Assembly (NCBI GenBank): GCA_050084985.1
Contig: JBITNC010000001.1
Coordinates: 130,138,001 to 130,202,000 of the forward strand
Direction of reading: 5' to 3'
DNA from: Nageia nagi
Lineage: Eukaryota; Plantae; Pinophyta
Length of the DNA: 64,000 nucleotides
The position numbers were made by a program, and so were the translations under genes. Positions 27,464 through 38,952 of this stretch are shown here, in pieces. Below the pieces are notes generated by a model. That model saw only the letters and a list, made by a program, of their open reading frames with translations. It searched no databases and was not told where the DNA came from. How positions within the stretch are numbered: the stretch's first letter is position 1; the number at the start of each line of letters is the position of its first letter.

Positions 27464-30253
27464 AGTCAGTAAGATGATGTTAGAGTTGATTTTAAAAGGA
27501 CCCAAGAAGAAAGTAAAAAATGGTATGAGAAATAATTATAGAAAATCTTACCTATTCTTGAGAAAATAAAATTTGAGACTTCCTTACATGTAAAGAACAA
27601 GTTGTTTTAAATGAAGGCTTGCAAAGTAGACTCCTCTTAGAAAGACCCTTCCCAACTGGTAAATAGTTTAATGGCTTTGCAAATAGATAATATTAGTAGA
27701 AAAGACAAAAGCAATTATGCTAGAAGAGGTATAGATTGGTTAGAGAGGATTTATTGAAAATGGACAGAGAATACCATAAGGCTAAAAAATAAGGGAAGGC
27801 CTTAAAGGAAAGAGAGACTCATTATCTGGATAAAATAAAGGTTTTTTAAAGAATAATTAATGACTTAAACCAAAAATTAGAAGGCCATAGTAAAGAAAAT
27901 AAATCAAAATGGTAAATGCAAAATGTAAGTCCTTAGAAAATAAATTAGAGAAATTAAAGAAGAACCTAGACAAAATAGATACTTAGATTGTTGCATACAA
28001 GTTAGAGAATGATCAGAATATTGGGAAGCTTGAACAAATGCATGATGGTTTATTAAAGAAGGAAAAGGAATTGAAGAAATTAATAAATGAAAAAGAAGAG
28101 AGCAAAGCAAATTTAAAGGATTTGTGAGATTTGAATGAAAGAAAAGAAGTATATAGAATTGGTAACTTTGTGAGAGGATGCTAGCAAGAAGGACATAAAG
28201 TTAGAAAAAAATTAAAGAATCAAACTCCAACTCTGCACCCAATGAATTGGCACCAATCACACCAACTTTATGGCTTGTTACCTTATTGAAAATGCATAAT
28301 AATATTTGGGTAAGTTCATTCCTAAGATTGACTCTATTTTATTTATAATAAATTATACTTTCCATTGTTTAAAATTGGTGAACAAGAATAAAGTGAGTTT
28401 TGAAGGAAAGAGGGAGATTATTTTTAGAAGGCATATAAAAGATCAGAAGGTGATTAATATGTTAAATCCAATGGTAGCCCCTCAAATTCAAGAGTTTTCA
28501 AAGGAGGCTTATGAGAAAATAATAGCCATGATTATGAAGATTGGTTACTTAGCTCATACCATTGGTGATGGGGATAACTATATGAATACACTACTAAAGG
28601 AGTTGAATTATTTTTTAGATGGATTAAAGTTGTTACATAGAAATTGTATGCTCATTCTCTATAGTGATGATGTATCCATTCTTTCTTAGGATATTGTTAA
28701 ATCTTCAATTATAGGAGATGGAGCAAATACCAAAGTATTTGGAGATTGGTCAATTTAGAAATTTGATAAAAATTCTTACAATATGTTGGTGAGATCATAA
28801 AATTAAAACCTAGATGAAAGGATTGGTCCAGATACATATGGACCATACATCTGGTAATCAATAATATTTTAATAAACCAATTCATTTTATTTGCACTTAT
28901 CATATAGAATAACAAAATCTTGGTTGATGAAGAATGGGCCTGTGTCTAAGCAATATTGAAGAAGGATGAGATATCTTGAAAGTTGAAATCTGAGTTCATA
29001 ATATGGTGACATAAATCAACCAACAAGTCTCTAGAATGTATATATATTTTTGAATTAGAAGGTATAAGGAGAGAGATTATCATATATATTTTTCATTCCT
29101 TCACTCATTTATTTTGGAGAAGTGTATTAAGTTCTATACTTAGTGATATTTTATTACCTTGTATAATTCTACCAAAATTTAGTAACATTAGATGTGAGTG
29201 AAATCTATCAGAGTGCAAGAGTGTTGTGACGTAATTTATTTTAGCATAACTTAACCATATTGTAATATGATTTTACTTTTCCATAAATTGGGGAACTTGT
29301 ACTTAAAAGAATTCAATTAGAGTGTAGGAATATTATATAGTGATATGCTCACATGTTATGATATTTTTCTTTTTCCAGAGAGTGATGACATTGAAGATTA
29401 GATAACATTATCAGAGTGCAAGAAAGTTAGATTTATTTTGCATATTGATAGCATCAAGTTCATAATTGAAGATTCAAGAAGTGACCAAGTGGGAAGATGC
29501 TCTAGCAACTTCAACCAAATCCACCATGATCAATAATTTTTAAGATGAGCTAGCATATGAGTTGGAAAGAAAGTCTCAATTAGAATTTGTAATAATTACT
29601 ATTAGATTTCTTATAGTTGATGATATTTATTATTGATTGTAAAAGATGATGTCGTATGAGCTAGTTAGTTATTTCTATTGGAAGATATTTTTTTGATGAT
29701 AAGGCTATATATACCACCTTAATCAATGTACAAGTGATTGGACAATGCATATGTTTTCCTCTCATTATGTAATTTATGCTTTTTGCCAATGCTTAATGAA
29801 TTGAGATTCTTATCTCTGAATTATGATCTATTTCATCATGTTCTTAAATTATTATGTAATATACTTATTTGCACTTTTTGGATGTTGAAATAAGTTTGTA
29901 ATTGATGTGTATCTATAATGCATTCATTTGGGTTTTGGTTGCTTAGAATGTTATTTATTATCTTGGTGGATGTTAGTTTTAATGTTTTGACTTACAAGAG
30001 CTTGCTATAATGGACTCTCAGGATTGCTTTTAAAATTCATTTCTTCTTGTATCCTATCCTTTTACATTCCTTTTTAGTTACTTGATATTTTATTTATTTC
30101 CTATAACTTATCCTTTGATAAGTATTACAATCAAATTGAAAAAGAAGAATTGGCTAACTCTAGAAAGTGAGTTACCCATATAATAATTCTTTCAATAGAA
30201 GGATACTTTGGTAGTGATACATGGGCATATATATTACACAATTCCTATCAACA
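27464..30253 (+). mobile_element. Unclassified decayed repeat with a coiled-coil-like ORF remnant (host of element C; probably the 3' part of an LTR element)
   Basis: K/E-rich broken frames at ~27470-28990, including the 127-aa ORF 28306-28689. A repeated TATCAGAGTGCAAGA motif (~29205, ~29408) and an LTR-like end ...TATCAACA at 30253. Confidence 0.35.
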
Positions 30254-30500
30254 AAAAGCAATGAAGAGAGAAATTAATGTTATAAAAGGGCCTCTTTTAG
30301 AGAGTGGGGATGGTAGAAGGGAGAAAGTATAGAAAGATATTTGGTATCATTTCCCACCCATAGCTTCTCATTAATCCCAATTAATAGATTTGATATATAA
30401 TTTAATAACAAGGATGGACCCATATTTGAGACTATCTCAAACCATCTATCTAACATTTGAAAAATATCTAGTAGTAGTGCCCCAAAAGGAATGATCTATC

Positions 30501-30539
30501 AAGGATAAGGATAAGGATAAGAATAGAATAGAATAGAAT
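30501..30539 (-). repeat. Compound microsatellite tail of the LINE
   Basis: Plus strand (AAGGAT)3 followed by ~4 (AGAAT) units. Confidence 0.85.
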
Positions 30540-30689
30540 TTGTATTAATGTCCATTAGTGACCAAAAAAAGTCAATAAGACTATAAAGTAGGACATATAC
30601 AAAGCAATGGGAGTGCCTAGTGCAACTCTAGAGGAAATAAAATAAGAAAAATAATAAAAAAAACATAATTAAGGTCTATAAATCAAGGA

Positions 30690-33600
30690 TTTATTTGAAC
30701 ATTCAAAGGTACAAAGAAGTGAGTGATATAAGAGTCTAATGTCCTCATATATGTTCCATGTTGGAGTTGATGAAGAGAAATTCTTGTTATATCTCTATGA
30801 TTACCTTGGAATTTCCTAGTCATGGCTTCTAGAGGTTGGAAAAATGAAGTGATAAGTTGGGATCCTATTATTCTCTGCAAACTATTACTAAGTATTTTTT
30901 TTTAGGTTGAATAACTCTCATATGAAAAGAGAAATGCATCTCTAGTATTTATAATTAATCCAAGAATTCAGTCTATAGGTGTCTCTAAATAAGTAATAAT
31001 GTCTACTTTGTATCTCATAGTAGATAGGATAAGTGAAAATGAAATGTTCCTTGGATTCCACATCAAGATTGCATAATCTACAAATACATTAATCTCTAAG
31101 GAGGTGATGATCTATCTCAATATGTAACTGGTGGGAGAAAATTTGTAGCTGAGCTAGAGGAAACCTAAGGTTATGTGGCATCTATATCAAGTTATATTTT
31201 AGAGTAGTAATCAAATCATTCTCTAGTTGGAGATAAAAGTGAGAGTAATGGAGCAATTTTGGAGAAAGAGGTTCCTTTGGATCAGTCTAGGTAGTTTTTA
31301 TATATGCAAAGTAGATCTCATTTGAATGTCCTTATTGAAATATGGTGTGTTGATTGATGACTTAGTAGGAGGAAGTATCATGATGTCTAAGTCAAGAGTT
31401 TGAAGTAGAGTAGTAGTTTGAGCATAACAACAATTCCTGACCCCTTGATTGGCCAATTGAATGGAGGAATGCAATGCTAAATATGGATATCTTCTCATAT
31501 CTGGCATACAATGAAATCAATGTAGTAAAGAGATAATATGAAATAATACAGTTGTAAATAATGGTAGAGCACTAAAATCAGCTAGAATGATGGGATGTGG
31601 AACAATTCTTCTAGAATGAATGAACTTGGACAAAATTGAGATGAGGACTCTTTCAATACGAGACCAACCCACCTATTTGAGGCTAGGGCCCCAAACTTCA
31701 TAACCATAGAGCAATGTGGGGGTAACATGAGTGTGAAAGAGTTTGATCTTTGTACTGATATCCTAAAATCGAACTTGAAAGTATTTCTTATCCAAAAATG
31801 CCAAGGCAACATACCCTTTTCTTAACCTTGCTTGAGATGCAAAGATCATGTTGAAGGTAGGTCCTATGAAAGGAACTCCCAAGTATGTGTAAGATGTGAT
31901 AATCTTAACAAATTTCCCTTTGTATGTGATGTGAACAAAAGAGAGATATTTCTTGGGTAGATTGAAATTCATAATCTTTATTTTATGAAGATTAAATTCT
32001 AATCCATGTGAGTCAAAGTAAGTGCCAAGTATGTCTAGTTATTTTTGAAGTCCTATTATTGTGTATGATATTAGAATAATATCATCAACAAATAGTAAAA
32101 TAAAAACAACATTATCAAAAAGTAAACAACATGTACTCTTAGCTAAAGAGTCCATAATGAGCACCTAAAATTCATCAATATACAATTCAAAGAGTGTAGG
32201 TGAAAGTGGAAAGCCTTGTTTAACCCCTATAGTACTATGAGCATCTTGTATTCTAATACATCCAATTTTAACCTATCCAGTAACTTTTTCATATAAGGTA
32301 ATAACCAACAAAGTAACCTCCTTTGGAATTCCCAAATCTTTCAATCTCTAAAGTAGTAACTATCTAGGAATAATATCAAATGCTTTCCTCAAGTCTATAA
32401 AACAAAAATGGACCCTAAATTTATTAGCTTTAGGTTCTTCAATGATAGCTCTAAGAGTTAGAATGTGATCACAAGTATGATGATTTCTTTTGAAACCCAC
32501 CTATCCCTCTGCATAAAGTTTCCTAGCCTCAACAAAATTAGAGATAAAAATATCAAGAACTATTGCAAAAAGTTTTGCAAGAGTATGGCCAACCATAATA
32601 GTTTTGTAATTGCTTGGGTGTAGCGGATCTCCAAATTTATGGATGGGATGTATAATATTTGAATACCAAGAGGGTGAGAACCCATGAGTAACTATATGAT
32701 TGAAAAGTTTTGTAATATGGACTACCAAGACTCTAGAGCTATGTTTAAGAAATTTTGCCTTCAAATTTTTAATATTAGATGCTTTACAAGCATGTAGCTT
32801 ACAAATAACATGAAAAATCATTCCATTAGTGAAGAAGCTACAATGTGATGGTCATGGGTTGGGGATAATTGGGGCATGCTTTGGAATATCATAGAGTGAG
32901 CCAACATAGGTGTACCAAGTGTGAGGATCAAATATGGGACATGTTTTTTTTTGGGTAGAAAAATACACCAAACATTTTTGGGGTTAAGTTGGAGCATGTT
33001 CTTTATTTCTTGTATTTTTCTTGATAAGAATTGACACATTTTCTTTTTAAGAAAAGAATGGTGGTTTTGGGCTAGTTTGTAATTTAAGGGATAAAGACAA
33101 CCTACTGACCAAGTGAGCCTATGTAAAGCTTTACATTCAGTGTCAAACCACAAGTTACAGGGGCAATGTCCATGGGACTAATGGAAATAATGAGTGGTAT
33201 GGGGAAAAGACTCAAAACTTCCAACCATAATGCTTCAAAAAAATAGTTCACTCTCTCAATAGGATCTTGAATTGTGTGGATATGGATAAGGTAGGATTTA
33301 AGTTTTTCTATGTATACATCATCATAACTATGGTCAAAATTGGATTTTTGTAATATTTTTGGGAGGGGGTGAAAGGGTAGGTTCCAATTTGGAAACAAAT
33401 GGAAGGTTAAAGGTTAGGAAGGCATGATCTACTAAAGTAGACACACATGAAATGCACAAATTATATATGGTTAATGCAAAAGGTAGGTTAGCCATCACAT
33501 AATCAACAACACTAGCTCCACTAGCATATGAAAAACATGTAAAATTACTAGAAAGGGGAAATTGCTTAATACCATTTAGAATGATTAAATTATGAGATTC

Positions 33601-34240
33601 ACCAAGGTTAATTAGGTTCTTACCATAGGGTGTGATAATAGTGTTTGCATCGACTAAGCAATGAGAAACGCCCAAATTTTCATGATCAATCTCCTTTAGA
33701 CATAGAGGATCTAAAGAGATATCAAATATAGAGCATTGTACAATACTTGTATGTGCACTAAAATCACCCATTAGTAGAATATCACTATGGGTGGAGAATT
33801 TAAATTTTTTTGGAAAAAGGTCTAAATATGGTGAATCTCCATCTGATACCATTGCATATGAAGAATGGGATGGAGGAAAGTAGCACATTGATATATAGAG
33901 TTGAATGAGTGGTGGATTTCTATCCAAATAGATCCACATAAATCTAGAATGAGAATATGATCATTCCAAATGTATTAAAGAGGCAATATGATCCTTGAAA
34001 AAATAAGCAACACCTCCTAAACCTTTAGAAACATGCTAAGTCTTCGTCGTTGTGTAGGCAACCATGAGTAGCATGTATATAAGGGAAGTGACTTTGTGCT
34101 AGTCTCATGTGTTTCTATGAATAATATAATATCTCTATTTTGAATCACATCATCTACCAAAACTAGGGAAAGGAAAAGAGAACCACCATAATTCCAAATA
34201 ATGATTAATAATTCATCCCAAAGACTTAGAGCCTGACATC
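30690..34240 (-). pseudogene. LINE ORF2 (AP endonuclease plus reverse transcriptase), decayed
   Basis: APE: IIWN, DIILFIETH, GGVA, CYFPP, LLMGDFSAHT, SVVDYV. RT: SNYKTIMV, CFIDLRKAFD, GVKQGFPLSPTLF, LLFVDD, SYTYLGV. C-terminal RISLHQL. Confidence 0.9.
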
Positions 34241-34269
34241 ATGTTGAGCAAATTGGATAAGGATTGGAC

Positions 34270-35141
34270 TAGCCTATGGGAGGGGCATCTCTAATCCAAG
34301 CTTTTCCATTCTAGAGAATAGTCCATTTACCTTATTTCCTACTAACATTTTATTTCTATTATATTTAAATTATTCATATTACAATATGGTTAAATATTCA
34401 TCAAGATAAATCTTCTCAGTTATACTAAAAATAATTTTTTTAGACTTAAGGGCCTCTAGCCTATTCTGCAAAGTGCAAAAAATGCATGATCAAAGAATTA
34501 TCCTATGTAAGCCATGCCCTTTTTGGTAGAATATCTTTTTGGCCTAAGGTATTGTGCAAAAACATTCAATGGTTGTTTTCATTGGGTCCCCTTGATCTTG
34601 ATCTTTTAGGCCCCTCACATGAAGGTTCAATGATTTAAATTACCTCTAACATTCCTTAGTAAACTTAGCTTGAATAATTGAATCTACTAGAGGGGGGATT
34701 TGCTGTGTTTATTACCTTTTAGTACTTGAACCCATTTTGATTCTGTACTTGTTGTCTCTAACTTGGTTGCTAGATTTTTTTGGTCTTCTCTATTTGCAGA
34801 GAGCTCAGCATAGAGATTGGCAATATCTTCCATATTTATACTATTGAATTTAGAGGTCATATTTTTTTGATCCTGACTGATTGCATTGAGTTCATTATGC
34901 AGTTTGATAATCTCTTCTTTGATGTTAGAAGAAACATGTTGAATGTTGGATACCATGTATTCTAGCTTGAAAATGCATTCAACTTGTACATGGATAGTGA
35001 TTTTCTTTTCAAAGGCTTGAAGGAAGATCTTAATAAATGCTTATCAAGGAGATTGAGCTTAGATTGAAACCCTTGTTCAAGTAGATCCATCCTTTCCTAC
35101 ATATCAAAATTTTGGATTCCAACCTTACCCTTTGAGCCCAT
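34270..35141 (-). pseudogene. LINE ORF1, decayed (coiled coil plus RRM/CTD-like)
   Basis: Heptad-rich IKEEIIKLHNELNAISQDQK, then KSLNLHVRGL...ALKSKK...KIYLDEYLT...GKW...NGKAWI. No plant-L1 CCHC knuckle visible. Confidence 0.7.
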
Positions 35142-35389
35142 GTTAAATATGCATGCAACCCCTTTTGTAAAATCATTCCCTAATACATATAAGAAATACA
35201 TACAACATGATCAACCAGATGCCTCCGTAGACTAGCCAAATGACCTTTGTAGATTAGATCCGAAAAATAGGCTCTCCAACATAAAATAAAACAAAAAATG
35301 CCTAGGCTAGGCCAAAAAAAAATATGATAACCCCAACACAAATACCCAACAGAGTTGAGAAGTCAACCCAATATAAAATCTGTAAACCC

Positions 35390-35750
35390 CAATACAAAAT
35401 ATCTAGCAAAGTGGAAATGCATCCTAGTAAAATAGATATGCATCCCAACAGAATGGATATGCAGACCAACAAATATTAGATCTACTAAGGGTATTAAAAT
35501 CTTTCAAGATGTGCTTACAAAACACCAAATCCCCATTCATGCACTTGTATAAACTGCCATTCAAATGCTTGATGATCAATGTGGATAGTGGCATCAATCC
35601 ATTGTCCATATCAATACTCAAGAAAAAAAAAAGAGACCTAATAAACATCTTGAGTAATATATTATTCCAGGAAAAGAATAAGCCAAATTAACTAGCATGA
35701 GGTAATGGAACTTTAGAGATCTACATAGTGATAAAAGGTTTTAAAATAGT
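35390..35750 (+). mobile_element. Very decayed Ty1/copia RT C-terminal fragment
   Basis: ILDLL...FKM....TKSPF....KL...C....VD.........RDL...LS follows the spacing of the copia post-YVDD region. Weak. Confidence 0.35.
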
Positions 35751-37554
35751 TAACCCTATTGTGAGCTAGCTAATGAAAATCCCTACATTAAAATTATGGT
35801 AATGTTTGGAATGGAGAAAACCTACACAAAAGAGAGTTCATAAGGCCCAAAAAATGCACAATTTGCAACAAGGATGAGGAACTAATGTCTCACCTTCTCC
35901 TTGAATGTTCATTTTATTAAAAAGTGTGGATTTTAAGGCATTTTACCTTGAATATTGGAGAGACACCAAATCTTACTAGGAAGTCCTTTTAGGGCTATTA
36001 GAATACTTATGAAGTCAAATTTAAATCTTTATAGACTACATGGGCCTACGGATCATGTTTCATATTGTATAAAAGTATTTAGTTGCAGAGGAATTAAAGA
36101 ATTTTTAAGGATGAATTTAAATCCACTAAGTGCACTTAGTGTACATTAAAAAGGAAGTTTATGGAGACGACTATAAAAAAGCCAAAGGAAAATCATATCA
36201 TTGAAGAGGAAGTTAAAATTTGGACAAGAGTGATGAACATGGAATATGGAAAATACTAAAGAGATAGAAATCATGAATAAAAATAATTATATGGGTTGGG
36301 TTTCCATGGTATACTAATGGAAAGTGACACCAGGAAATAAAGGAAGGAAAGTATATGTGAGTGATATAGAAAGCCTAAGTTGGGTAGAGAATAACCAAGG
36401 TAGAGTACTAAGGGGGACTTTAGAAAACCTTGAGAGTTAAACAATTTAGTATTGAAAATACAATAAATTGGTTCATTTTTGGGGTTTGTTAAGAGACATA
36501 GGCCACTTAATACCATAATGTAACTACACCCTTACTCTAGAATTATAAATTTGTAATATTTTACCATTCTCTTGTGATATCGTAGTATGATAACATTTTA
36601 TTGTATTATTCCATATCAAACATAATTTTAAAATTTATTTTAATTACTTACATTGGTTTTTTATCATTTTATCAAATAGTTCAAAATTTATTACTATTTA
36701 CAACATGGCTCTAGAAATTATTTTTAAGGTATTAACATACATATTCGGTAATGATAATCAAGTCAAAGTAAGAATTTTATATAAAAAAAAATTTGTCAAG
36801 ATAATAATCCTCATGTAAAGGATCACCCACATATGTTAAGGGTAAAGACATACATAACATAAAAATATATTTTATTATTAATAAATATTTTATTACCAAT
36901 AAATATTTTATTTAATAACTTTCATTCTAAGGTGATATAATTCTCTTTAATATAGATATTTTACCATGTTTGGCATATAGTCAAAATCGCTTTAGCATAT
37001 TCCTATTATAAGTCATCACTATCCCTTATACAATGTCACATTTAGAGGTAGGATCATAAATTAAGTCTTAGTATATCATTATTTCAAAGTTTACAAATCT
37101 AGTCCCATAACATGTCTAGCTTTTTGTCAATTTTGATCTTATAATGGTATCTAATGTAGGATACAAATGACTAGGCATGTGACTTCATTACTCTTATTTA
37201 TATATTTACATGTATATCACTAAATGATACATTAGTACAATAGGATATCATCTATATAGCTTACCCCTATCGTATATATACCATTTTATCATATTAAACA
37301 TTATATGTATGTTTTTAATTTTTGAAAATTTAAGTTGGTATTTTCATTTAATGTTTCCTAATCAACAATGTTAGTGTTGGAATAAGACATCAAGATATAA
37401 CCTTCATATTTTGTAAAAAATATTATTTATAAGGTTTTGAAGGAAAAGAACTAAGATTAAAAGGTTGGAACTATATCCATAAACTATTTTGTATTTTGGA
37501 GATCATGAATAGGCTCAAATTTGGCTCTACTCAATCTTGAGAAGTTAAATATGT

Positions 37555-38938
37555 TGTAATGTCCCCATTTTTAAAATGTGTTTCCTATATCACCTCTGAC
37601 AAATGGGAACATTAGATTAGGAGTACTTTAACTTATTTTAGGAGTTATTTGCCAATTAATTATAAGTTCCACTTGGTGAATAGTTTAGTACTCTAATTAT
37701 GGAATATTTGGTCCTTAATTAGCATATTATGTATAGTTGAGTGTTCAATTATACCAATGATTATGTATTTATGATACCAAGGCCATCATGATTGTAAATG
37801 CAATATTAGCCTTCAATAATGAGGTATTGCATATTCCTATCCTTAATGATTGTAATATTGGCATTAGATGATCCTCTTTTCATTAATGCTCCCTTCTTCA
37901 AGCTAGAGCATCCAACAAAGTGATTACATCAACTTTGAGGTACTATGAAGACTCCTATGCTTGGACATGGCACATTTGGCATCCCAAGACATCAAATGAC
38001 TCCCACACTTGGATGTTGGACTTGCAAGGGCATCTAAACCCCATACTTTAAGTATTTAGCATCCTAGGATCCCACATTATATTTTTGGAGGATTTCTAGC
38101 TTAGGAATTGATACTTAGGTACATTTAAGTCTCCCCTTATCCAACATTGGTATTCTTGTCCCTTGGATGTGATTATTCTCATCTCAAGGCATACTATCTT
38201 TGACATTGGCATTGAGAGCATATAGATCACTCTTGTAAGCCATTAGATCAACTCAAATTGAGATTAGAAGATCAACTACCTCTCCTATATAGGAAGGACT
38301 TCTAGATCATAAGAGATTTGTTGATTTGATTAAACCCCCTTCTATCGGATTGAGTGTAGGAACTTTATCTTTGCCACTTGTAGGTATCAGTCTACATTTG
38401 AGGTCTTAAGGTGATTGAAGGCTAGCCTCTTGCTTAATCCAATCATTTGAAAGAGGAACTCTAGTTGTTCCATCATTAAAGAGATAAGGAAGCCTTAGGA
38501 TTAGCCTTAACATTGTTAAGATTAGTGAGGCCCTCAAGCCATCTACAATAACCATATTAGAGGTAACCCTAATGTAAGCATCTTAGTTACCAAAAATACC
38601 ATTATTACAACACTCTTATCAAAGCTATTGTAATTGAGGTTCTCTCTTGTTTCATAATACAATCATCTTACTTATCATTATTATAAATTATCTCTTGTAC
38701 TTAGACATTGAATATGGAAGTGTGTTTTGGAGTTGTTGATTTGTATTTGGCTTCATAATCACTTATTTTTGGTAATTGGGCATAATTATAAATTATTTTC
38801 TTCATTCTTACCAATAATAGTTATATGTTTGGTGTATTGTATAATTTTATGCCTAATTGATGAGATCTAAAGCTTTAAGATAAATATACCTCTCCTAGGG
38901 TACATTTGAGCATGAGTTAATAGATTGGACTCATCATA
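37555..38938 (+). repeat. 5' LTR of element E
   Basis: TGTAATG...ATCATA (CA decayed to TA); colinear with 41917-43302. Confidence 0.9.
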
Positions 38939-38939
38939 G

Positions 38940-38952
38940 TGGTATCAGATCC
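38940..38952 (+). promoter_or_regulatory. Primer-binding site (tRNA-Met-i) of element E
   Basis: TGGTATCAGATCC versus canonical TGGTATCAGAGCC, 1 nt after the LTR. Confidence 0.88.

Larger units (their letters stand above)
30500..35200 (-). mobile_element. Near-full-length decayed LINE (APE-RT, two ORFs, microsatellite 3' tail); RTEX/CR1/L2-like
   Basis: ORF1 ~35141-34270 and ORF2 ~34240-30690 with APE and RT motifs. The 3' end is (TTCTA)n then (TTATCC)n instead of poly(A). 5' boundary approximate. Confidence 0.9.

Noticed and set aside
21276-30258. AAAAG at 21276-21280 and 30254-30258 as the TSD of one 9-kb element
   Set aside because: The left LTR pairs with 26761-27463, not with sequence near 30253; AAAAG is common in this DNA.
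35760-36528. LTR-like segment ending ...ACTACA
   Set aside because: No partner LTR, TSD or priming sites identifiable.
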